From NCBI GenBank assembly GCA_020184695.1, contig JAANOX010000037.1, forward strand, positions 248,001 through 312,000: a DNA stretch of 64,000 bases, given 5' to 3'. Source of the stretch: Histomonas meleagridis 2922-C6/04-290x. Its lineage: Eukaryota > Protista > Parabasalia. The translations under genes were made by a program, and so were the position numbers. Of the stretch, positions 31,300 to 40,613 are shown piece by piece. Position 1 is the first letter of the stretch. Every line of letters starts with the position of its first letter. The notes under the pieces are model-generated. The model was not told the DNA's origin. It did no database searches and worked only from the letters and a program-made list of their open reading frames with translations.

Positions 31300-32568
31300 T
31301 TATGCGTTCATATAAGTTCCTGCGTCGACGTTTACCGGCAAATCCTTTATCTTCACCTCGAAACGTCTTTGCACCTCTTCCAACATTTTATTTTCCTCGT
31401 CTGTTGATATGAAAGATACGGCCAAACCCTTTGTACCGAATCTTCCCGCCCTTCCAACTCGATGCAGATATGTATCTGAATCTGTTGGGAAGTCGTAATT
31501 AATGACAATGTTTACTCTTTCGACGTCTATTCCACGCGCGAATACGTCTGTCGAAACCAGAATTTTCTTTTTGAATTCTTTGAACTGTCGAAGTGCATTA
31601 ATTCGATCTATTTGTTGCATCTTCGAATGCATTGGTATCGATGGGTAACCACATTCGTTTAATAAGTTATTCAGTGTCTCAGCTCTTTTCTTCTTGGAGA
31701 CAAATATCACAACTTGATTAAACGTGAAATTATCTAAGATTTCGATCAGTTTCCGATTCTTTTCATTCGGTTGTAACTTAATGTAATATTGTTGAAGCCC
31801 ATGTAACGTAAGCTTCTTTTCATCATCAATGAAAACTTCGGCTGCATTACGCGTGAACTTGCGACACATGTCCTTCATGTCATCGGGCATGGTGGCGCTG
31901 AAGAGCATTGTTTGCTTGGACTGTGGAAGACTTTTATAGATCTTCTCTACGCTAATCTTCATGTTGGGCTTCTCGAAGATCTTGTCGATTTCGTCAACAA
32001 CAAAGAAGCGGACTTTGGAGAGATCAATGACTGACTTATGCTTCTGTATAAGATCAAGTAAACGACCAGGTGTTCCGATTATGATGTTCGGTTTTTGTTC
32101 CCGAATGGTGTTGATTTGGTTCTGGATGGGAATACCGCCGTAAACAACAATGCTCTTGACATTTTCCATGTATTTTGAAAAACGAATGAACTCAGAACAG
32201 ATTTGATAGGCAAGTTCTCGAGTGGGAGCAATGCAAATACAGGCACAATCGCCATCAACTGGATCTAACTGTTGAAGAACTGATATTACAAAAACTGCAG
32301 TTTTACCCATTCCACTCTTACCTTGGCATATAATGTCTGTGCCTAGAAGTGCTTGAGGAATACATTCTTGTTGAACTTGTGAAGGATGCTCAAATCCATT
32401 GTCAGTAATGGCTTTCATTAATTCTGGGGTGAGGAGAAAATCTCGAAATGCTGCTGAATGAATGGCAACATAACCCATTCCTTTTATCTTAGACTTATCT
32501 TTCTTGATGTCTGCAATCTGTTCAATTTCATTATACGCAAGGAGCTCATCTTCTATTGGATCTGCCAT
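31300..32568 (-). CDS. UAP56: UAP56/Sub2 (DDX39) DEAD-box RNA helicase
   Basis: HSAAFRDFLL, GFEHPSQVQQECIP, GKSGMGKTAVFV, PTRELA, DEID, FSATM, LTLHGLQQYY, HRVGRAGRFGTKGLA. Confidence 0.93.
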   Translation of the reverse strand: MADPIEDELLAYNEIEQIADIKKDKSKIKGMGYVAIHSAAFRDFLLTPELMKAITDNGFEHPSQVQQECIPQALLGTDIICQGKSGMGKTAVFVISVLQQLDPVDGDCACICIAPTRELAYQICSEFIRFSKYMENVKSIVVYGGIPIQNQINTIREQKPNIIIGTPGRLLDLIQKHKSVIDLSKVRFFVVDEIDKIFEKPNMKISVEKIYKSLPQSKQTMLFSATMPDDMKDMCRKFTRNAAEVFIDDEKKLTLHGLQQYYIKLQPNEKNRKLIEILDNFTFNQVVIFVSKKKRAETLNNLLNECGYPSIPMHSKMQQIDRINALRQFKEFKKKILVSTDVFARGIDVERVNIVINYDFPTDSDTYLHRVGRAGRFGTKGLAVSFISTDEENKMLEEVQRRFEVKIKDLPVNVDAGTYMNA

Positions 32569-32585
32569 AAGAAGAAAAATATATA

Positions 32586-32593
32586 AAACCGTT
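32586..32593 (-). promoter_or_regulatory. M3/Myb-like motif AACGGTTT
   Basis: 17 nt upstream of the UAP56 ATG at 32568. Confidence 0.5.
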
Positions 32594-33338
32594 TACAGAT
32601 ATAACTTTTTCTATCGTATTATTTCAATTGTTTACGTGTATCGTGTAACGGGTTTTTGTTGGTGATGTAACCTATATGATGGTTGCAAAGCAAGTATAAT
32701 TTAGCAATTAATATATTAACAATTACCAAAATCATGTGTTTGATAAAATGATATTTTTTATCATTTTCACAAATATTAAAAAAAAAAAAATCTGAGCTTT
32801 TACTTGGTTATTATTGACTTGTGCATATATGGAACCAATTTAGTTTTTTGCATAATTTGATTATTTTTCACAACATACTTAACAACTTTTCATGATCGCT
32901 TGATGCTTACTTCATATTCTTCTGGAACTTATTATGCATTTAACAAACATTTTTTTTAACCTTCAAAATCGGTGTAAAAAAAATTGATTTATATTCTGAC
33001 TTTATTTTAATTTGTTTATTTTGTTATACACCAATATGCTTAAATCATTAATTTCATAACAATTTGTATTTTATCTTATTTAGTTTAAATATTTTAACGT
33101 GTGCGTTAAATGTTAAAATCAGGTTTCACTTTAAATCTTCAAAAATGAAAAGGAATAACAAAGAACGTATTTATCATGTAATTTATCATTCTTAATATTT
33201 TTTAGATATCTTTTATACATAGTTTAACAATGTGATATTCATTCGCTTCATTAGTTTTTCCTTCATTAAATCAAGAAAATTTATCAAACCATTTAAACAT
33301 TTTTCAAAATTAAATCAATTTTATTCAATTGATTAATT

Positions 33339-34093
33339 TCACATTACATTAAGTAATGTTACTAGAATAAAACCAATGATTGTGAATGATGCCAAACTTT
33401 TCATTCTTATTCCAATACTTGGCTCACCGCTTTCACTTTCTTCACTTCCAGTAACTTCACTTTCTTCAGTTTTAGTAACTTCACTTTCATCGCCACCACC
33501 TGGTGTTATATGAAATATTGGATCATCTTCAATTGTATATTTAATATTACTTGGAATTCCTGATGTATCAATGAATGGTCTATTTATATCTGATGCAAGA
33601 AGCTTCAAGTTAAAGTCATTGATGTTTTCCCATTCCCCAGTGAAATTAAATCCAATTGTTGCATTTCTTTCGTAGCCTTTTTGATAATAAAAACTCAAAT
33701 CAAAAACATTTGGAAAAACTTCCAAAAGTACATTGAACCTGCATCATCAAGATAAATAGTTAATGATTTAGTTTGCGTTGCTTCCTCCGAAAGAATCATA
33801 TCGATGATTATTGGCTGAAAAACATATGGCGAAATCATTAAAGAAGTTTCACTTGGAATTAGAACATCATTAACAGAAACATTGTTCTGATTAAATATAA
33901 TCGATTTTGTATTCTTGGCATAATAAATTTTATTTGTTGCATGAATTTGTGGATTTTCGAATAAACTTATTTCTTCAGATATGAAATTATTCATAGTAAC
34001 TTCGCCTGTAACATTGACTTTGAATGTTGGATACGCATTTATAGCACATATTGTATTAAATTTAATGTGATTAACAAATTTTGCCCATGACAT
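33339..34093 (-). pseudogene. Membrane-anchored protein split by a one-base frameshift (or sequence error)
   Basis: ORFs 33695-34093 and 33339-33725 join if one T is added to the T4 run (plus-strand AAAA at 33724-33727). E/S-rich linker, hydrophobic C-terminus, and TCACTT Inr upstream of ATG 34093. Confidence 0.55.
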
Positions 34094-34276
34094 AAAAATA
34101 ATAAATGGAAGTGATTGTGAAAGATCAGAACTTGTTTTAGACCATATATTTATATTTTGTTCCCGTGCATGTTCAAATAGTAAAACCTTTGAAAACCGTT
34201 TTGAATTTGCTCTGAACCACCATATTCAAACGAAGCATGAATTTGCATTTTTATCAAAAATTTATCTGTAAATCAA

Positions 34277-35195
34277 CTAGACTTGAATGTTGTCAACCAC
34301 CAATGAATAAGAGTGTTTTTTAACTTTTTTGAATATTTTTATGCAAACAGATGAAAATACCAATATTTCATGCAGAATTGAATGTTGTTTAAGAAAACAT
34401 TCAACTGAAAAAATTTTTCCAATCATTGCTTCTTCATTAATAATATCATCATTGATATTCATTCCTTCTTTAAGTAAAAATGAAAATATTTCATAATTTT
34501 GATAAAAAATACAAAGCTTTCCTAATTCTTCTAAATTATTAATTTCTTTTAATTTGTTATCATAAAAATATTTAAAGATATCATTTCGATGAAATTCGAT
34601 TGCTGTTTCATATTATCCATAAAATGACGTATGATTTTGTTCACATAAATGAATGATTTCTTCATTTCCACCTGCATCTGCATATTTACCTGTATTATCT
34701 AATTTTGCTCCATTCATAAGTAAATATTTAATGCATTTAACAGCTGAAAAAAATGCTGCATAATCAATTAATGTAACATTTTTTTGATTAATAAATGAAC
34801 ATCTTTCATAAAGTGATGGTTTAATTGTCTGATTAAAATTAAGGTTTGTTTGTGATGATCTTTCTTGAAGTTTTTCTATTTCATCATTTCGAATTATTTT
34901 TGCAATTTCTTTTGGATTATATCCACCTCTAATTAATTTCTTATGTGATTCCCATGCATTCTTTGAAAGTTTTTCATAATTATCTAAATCATACTCCCTT
35001 AAAATTGTGTTCAATCGTCGCATCAAGAAGATAATATGATTCATGTGTATGTTTATTATTAAGAAATCGCCAAAATACATCAAGTGTATTGGATGGGATT
35101 TTATTGCTCTCTTCAAGTGTACTTATTTCTTTTATAATATTCATAAATAAATCTACGCTATTATTTTTAAATACAAAGGAATTATAACATATCAT
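34277..35195 (-). pseudogene. Disrupted DUF3447/ankyrin-family gene, paralogue of 60905-62077
   Basis: LIDYAAFFSAVKCIKYLLMNGA...GGNEEIIHLCEQNH aligns with the 62-kb gene. In-frame TAA at 34613-34615 is followed by YETAIEFHRNDIFKYFYDNKLKEINNLEELGK; there is an additional frameshift upstream. Confidence 0.8.
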
Positions 35196-35331
35196 TTGAA
35201 TAATGATTAAATCATAAGATAAAGGATTGATTTCATCTTATTTGTTGATTATTAAACCTAAAGATCTAGAGAAATTTTCTTCATTCAACTAAAAATTGCT
35301 TGATTTAATGATAGAAGTGTTTCCCAGTCGC

Positions 35332-36463
35332 AATAATATTCTTGTTTTAAAGATGAAAATAAATTATTTAAGTAAAATTGGAAAACATCAAAGTGTTCAT
35401 ATATTTATGTACAGTAAGAAAACAAATAAAAAAACTGAGTAAAAAATAATATAAAATTTAAAATTATTTCTGTTGTGTTTAGTTTACTTTGATGGTGATG
35501 CTTTGCGCACTGGCGATGCTTTTCGTGCTGGTGATGAGTTACGTCCTGGTGATGTTGAACGATGAATCTCGCTGTAATCTGCAATCTTTTGTTTGCGAAT
35601 TGGTTTCGTGGCCACTTTGCTTTTGTCTTTAGTGAAGATAACATAAAGAATATAACCAACAACAAACACAAAAGAAAAAGATAAAGGAAAACGGTACCAA
35701 GGCGCTCTTTGATATTAACTACTTCATAAAATTCAGCTGTCTCATTAAATAAAAGAACTGAATAATTAACTCCGTCTTCTGATGTAACTTTAGCATAAAT
35801 ATCAAGATTAAAGTTACCAGACTCCATCTCTTGATCAAGTTCACATAAATGTAAAAATGTCGTTTGATCTTCATTAGATAGACGTCCTCCAAGTCCATAT
35901 GATGTGAAATTCCATATAAAATCATTAGAATCACTTAAACTTGTAACATGACCAAAAACTTCTTGTAATCCATATCCTTCTTCATTGTGAACTAAAAATG
36001 AACTTAATACTCGGAAAAATCGTTGAATAGGTATTCGGTTGTTCGGATAATCTGGTAATAATGACTTACCTGTGATAAATTCTGTTTTAGCAAGTGGTAA
36101 AAATGTACCACGTGATGAATAAACTCCTTCACCTTCTTCTTCTGAAATTATGAATGAGAAAAGTAATGTTAAAAGCATTTATTTAGATAAGGCTGGCAAA
36201 TCCTGGCAAAAGACGTTAACTATTTTATTTAGAGCGTTATCATTATGATATTTTAAAATTGATTTTATTATCAGTAATGGAATATAGAAAAAATAATAAA
36301 TTTTTAAAATGGTAAAATAAAATTTAACACAGTCTTAATTTATTCATCACTTGTTGTTACAACCATATATTTATAACGCGATATTGTGCAATTGGAATGC
36401 TGTGATGAAATAAACTGAAACTTAATGAATTTTAATCATAAACATTTGGATTTGCGCAAAATT
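35332..36463. repeat. Local segmental duplication, copy 1 (about 1.13 kb; direct repeat of 44850-45981)
   Basis: Near-identical sequence by direct comparison, offset about 9518 bp. Confidence 0.93.
35405..36178 (-). pseudogene. Frameshifted duplicate of the TRAP-alpha gene
   Basis: Identical to 45002-45694 until two A-runs (35670-35679) that each carry one extra base, which switches the C-terminus to another frame. Confidence 0.7.
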
Positions 36464-36706
36464 TTCACATTAATTTACCAACCGACATATCAACAAAAAA
36501 ATAATAAATTAACAAGCAAGGTAAATTTACTCTAAGAAGTCGGAAAGACCAATAATTTGGTGACCGTTTAATCGAAGTGGATTGGTTTTGCCTTTGTAAC
36601 GATTTTTTTTGAAACGGATTAACGTACAATATGAACTTTTCTGATATTTCACACAAATTTCAATGAAATACGTTATTTGTTCGTTAGTTATCACATCACA
36701 CTTAAA

Positions 36707-37219
36707 ATGGCATCTTCTGAACAAGTCAACATATTTCTTCAAAAATTCGACGAAGTGGACACCAAAAAGAAGGGATCTCTTGATCAAGCACAATTCAAAA
36801 CCCTCGTTGGCGAAGTTATGGCAGGAAGAACTGATGAAGAAACATCTGATATGTATTTTAGGGGAATTGATATTGATAACTCCAAATCTGTATCAAAGGA
36901 TGAGTTCACGGACTTCGTTGTAGCTGCGTTAACAAATGATCAAGAATATATTGTCAAAATGGCTTTTCGTTCAATAGATGTAGATCGTTCAAGAACACTT
37001 GATTCTAAAGAAGTCAAAAAGATCGCAAGATACTTAGGTCAAGAAAAAACAGATGAAGAAATCGAAGATTTAATGGTACAAGTCACTGGTAAAAAGTCAG
37101 GTAAAATCACATATCCACAGCTTGTTAAAATGTTAACAGGCAAGGATATAGATCCAAAATCAAAGGAAGCTGATCCATATGATGGAAAGCTCAAATCAGG
37201 CTGCTGCAACCTTTTATAA
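36707..37219 (+). CDS. Calmodulin-like EF-hand protein with C-terminal CaaX
   Basis: Loops DTKKKGSLDQAQF, DIDNSKSVSKDEF and DVDRSRTLDSKEV; ends KSGCCNLL. ATG 36707 follows tcacatcacactt (Inr-like). Confidence 0.85.
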   Translation: MASSEQVNIFLQKFDEVDTKKKGSLDQAQFKTLVGEVMAGRTDEETSDMYFRGIDIDNSKSVSKDEFTDFVVAALTNDQEYIVKMAFRSIDVDRSRTLDSKEVKKIARYLGQEKTDEEIEDLMVQVTGKKSGKITYPQLVKMLTGKDIDPKSKEADPYDGKLKSGCCNLL

Positions 37220-37432
37220 AAAATCAAAATTTAATGCTTTGATACGAAGTATAAAAGTGTGAATAGTGAATAATTAAAAATAATTATCATCTAAACAAGA
37301 TTCATTGGAACACTTTGAAACAACAATTAACTTCTCTTTATCTAATTATCTTATCTTGTTACCAATTTTTAAAAATTTTGATTTCTCACACATTGGTGAA
37401 AAAAGAATGTAAAGGGGCTGCAATATTCTTAC

Positions 37433-37439
37433 AAAAAAA
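37433..37439 (-). terminator. RNA polymerase III T7 terminator
   Basis: Seven T on the minus strand immediately after the tRNA discriminator base. Confidence 0.8.
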
Positions 37440-37513
37440 TGCACCCACTGGGATTCGAACCCAGGACCTTCGCGTCATAAGCACGATACTCTAACCGACT
37501 AAGCTATGGGAGC
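37440..37513 (-). tRNA. tRNA-Ile (anticodon UAU), intronless
   Basis: Folds as GCTCCCA-TA-GCTTAGTCGGTTAGAGT-A-TCGTG-CTTATGA-CGCGA-AGGTC-CTGGG-TTCGAAT-CCCAG-TGGGTGC-A. Confidence 0.93.
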
Positions 37514-37773
37514 TTGCTGTTGATAATGAAAAAGCATGTTCAAGTACTTTTATATGAGGGATCTTCTTATCATTCTTGCATAATTGTATAAAATAACTAT
37601 TATCTTATTGAATTTCCTTCATAAGTTGGGTACCTTTCATACAATATCATGTTAACAATTTCTAAATATTATAGATAATTTTTATTAATTACATTCATTA
37701 TTTTCGTTTAAAAATAGTTTTTATTAATCAAAAAATTATAATCTAATTATTTATTCAAACACCGAACTTTATA

Positions 37774-40119
37774 TCAAAAAGTCTCTAAAATCTGAAGATA
37801 TTCTTTTAACTCTGGCGAATTAGAGTTTGCCAAAAGAGTTCTTATTTCACTTTCTTTGATAGCTTTCTTCATAGATGGATAATTAACTATGTTGAAAACA
37901 AATTTTGCAATTATATATTCAAATTTCTGACTCTTTTTGAAAATATAAGGTAGCTTACATATGATATCTGTGAAACAATCCACACATGTAACAACAGAAA
38001 TATCACAAATGAAGCACAAAACAGCATTAATTGAGTTGATAGAATCTAATTTTAAGTTAGTATTAATGAAGTTAGAAAGAAATCCAGTGCTTTCGAATTG
38101 CTTTATAAATTTTTCATTAAGTTTTATAGAATGACATATTAATGAAATAAGTGATATTGGCGGCGTTTCTAGCATAAGAACATTATTAAACAAATTACAT
38201 ATGTCTGTTATTTGATTTTCGGAAAATTCGATTTCTTTATGTTTTGAAATAATTCCGAATAAATATAATCTAAGTGAAGTACTTATATTTTCGTTTAAAA
38301 TCCATTTATCACTTAGTTTTAACAACAATTTCACGTGTTTAGAATCTTTTGCTATTTTAATAAGGAAAGAATATGCATTTTTATGTTCTATTTGTTCAAT
38401 AACATTCAAAATCAATTCTTCGGTAACTTGAATATTATTAGAAAGATTAATAATGATCAGAGCATATTCAACAATATCTTTATCTTTAAGATGTTCAACT
38501 ATGTTTAAAGGAATAAAAGTATCATCAAATTCTTCAATTAATAATTTATATCCAATTTGAAGAATTTCTGAATCATTTGATTGGAAAGATAATTCAATTA
38601 TTGATTTTAACTTGGATTTGTTCTTTTGGATTAATGAATTATCAAATTGAATAATATTAAAGACAATCGTTGTTATTTCTTTTGGTGCAAATTCATAATA
38701 TATTTGGAAATTATCAAGAATATAGGTTATGAATTCATTTGTTGGATTTTCAGATAAATCAAAAATTAATTGGAATATTTCATTTGGATATTCTTTAAAT
38801 ATGCCAAAAATATCTTTTATTTTTTCAAAAGGTATTAATTGAGGACAAAAATCAATTAAATCCATTATGATTTGATATAAAGATTCAAAAATATTTTTAT
38901 TTGAAAAAGATATTTTTTGAATAAGATTTGATTTTAAAAATGCACGAATTTGCTTATGATTTTTTTTAAATGATGAATGAATAATTGTCAATAATGAATT
39001 CATAAGATCATCGGAAAACATTGGAACAATAGAAGCCAATTCATTAAATAATTTGATTGAGTTTGTTTCATTTAATGATTTTATTACATTCCTTAATTTA
39101 ACTGGGAAAATTGAGAATTTATATTCCTTTTGAATAAATGATAAATCAAGATTTTGTTGTTCTATTATTTTTTGATCGATTTGAGGAATCTCGGATGAAT
39201 TAGAATGAGTTTTAATGTTTTCTTGTTTTGAAACATAATCAAGGAATTCATCAAATTTTTTCATATCGGTTCCTTCGAAATAAACCTTTTTTTGTACAAA
39301 CGCTTGATAAATGTTTTCAAATGAAGGTCTTTCATCTGCTGATTGAGCCCAACATAATTGAATTAATGTTGAAAGAGGTTTTGGCGTTTCTACGGGGATT
39401 GGTGGTCTAGAGAATGTTTGGCATACAGCAGTCATTATTTGAGCTGGTGTTAAACCTTTAAATGGAATTTCTTCTGTTAACATTTCCCAAAGAATTATTC
39501 CATATGCATAAACATCAACTCTTGCATCATATGTTGGGTTTTGGAATAATTCAGGTGCCATCCAATGCGGTGTTCCAATATGTTGAGTAATTGGTTGTGT
39601 ACTGTCACATTCAAATCTTGAAATTCCAAAATCACAAACTTTTGGATAATACTTTTCATCAAGAAGAATATTAAGAGACTTAAGATCCCTATGTATAATG
39701 TTAAGTTTGTGAAGGTGTTTCATTCCATGAGCAATTCCTGCTGCAATTATTGTTTTTTGAGTAGGTGTTAATCCTTTTTTATTTCTACTGCGGAGAGCTT
39801 CATATAATGAACCATTTGATATATACTCAGTAATTATTGAATAAGGATGATGAAGAGTAAATCCATGAAATGGTAGTAAAAATTGATTATGACACTTAGC
39901 AAGAATTTGAACTTCTCTACAGAACATTTTCATTTGCCTTCCCTCCAAGTGATCAAACAATAATTCTTTGATTGCATATTCTTTGTTTGTTTTTTTGTAT
40001 TTTGCAAGATATACTTTTCCATATGCTCCTTTACCAAGAGTTTTGATTTCGGTGTAATCCTGTAAATTTGCAATATAGCTAACAAGGTGTTCTCTCATTT
40101 GTTCGAATCCTTCTTCCAT
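37774..40119 (-). CDS. TKL-family protein kinase with a helical C-terminal region
   Basis: LGKGAYGKV, YAIK, HRDLKSLN, VCDFG, GTPHWMAPE, DVYAYGIILWE, CWAQSADERP. Confidence 0.93.
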   Translation of the reverse strand: MEEGFEQMREHLVSYIANLQDYTEIKTLGKGAYGKVYLAKYKKTNKEYAIKELLFDHLEGRQMKMFCREVQILAKCHNQFLLPFHGFTLHHPYSIITEYISNGSLYEALRSRNKKGLTPTQKTIIAAGIAHGMKHLHKLNIIHRDLKSLNILLDEKYYPKVCDFGISRFECDSTQPITQHIGTPHWMAPELFQNPTYDARVDVYAYGIILWEMLTEEIPFKGLTPAQIMTAVCQTFSRPPIPVETPKPLSTLIQLCWAQSADERPSFENIYQAFVQKKVYFEGTDMKKFDEFLDYVSKQENIKTHSNSSEIPQIDQKIIEQQNLDLSFIQKEYKFSIFPVKLRNVIKSLNETNSIKLFNELASIVPMFSDDLMNSLLTIIHSSFKKNHKQIRAFLKSNLIQKISFSNKNIFESLYQIIMDLIDFCPQLIPFEKIKDIFGIFKEYPNEIFQLIFDLSENPTNEFITYILDNFQIYYEFAPKEITTIVFNIIQFDNSLIQKNKSKLKSIIELSFQSNDSEILQIGYKLLIEEFDDTFIPLNIVEHLKDKDIVEYALIIINLSNNIQVTEELILNVIEQIEHKNAYSFLIKIAKDSKHVKLLLKLSDKWILNENISTSLRLYLFGIISKHKEIEFSENQITDICNLFNNVLMLETPPISLISLICHSIKLNEKFIKQFESTGFLSNFINTNLKLDSINSINAVLCFICDISVVTCVDCFTDIICKLPYIFKKSQKFEYIIAKFVFNIVNYPSMKKAIKESEIRTLLANSNSPELKEYLQILETF

Positions 40120-40613
40120 TTTGCAAGTCGTTTTAGGTAAAATAACTTTGATATGTACGTTAAATCAAAATTATTAACGTATGATTCGAATTAGGGCACC
40201 CCGAAGGCGTTCAAAAAGCAAAAATTTCATCTCAAAGTCATAAAACGAATAAAGATAAACGACAATATTTTTTTAAAAATGTTTTTGGTTCTAAATCATA
40301 TTATCTTTTATGGGAGTTCCAAAAATGATGATTTTTTATGAACTAAAAAAAAAATCATTTATTTTGATCAAAATAAAAAAAATTAAATTTAAAATTTTGA
40401 AATCATAAATTATTGATATCAACATAATGTATTAGATATATTAGGATATGATCAAATTCTTGTCATGTAAAGATGATTTTATGAATCGTTTAAGTCTGAA
40501 ATGAAGGGACACTGTCGTTTTATTTTTCAATGCGATTGAATGACATTTGAGACAAACAAACAATAGAAAACCGATGACATAGTGAATTTTGATAGAATTT
40601 TCCAAATCGAAGT

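Noticed and set aside
31300-32568. DEID instead of the usual DECD in UAP56
   Set aside because: It is a single substitution at the variable position of motif II with all other motifs intact, so it is not evidence of a new function.
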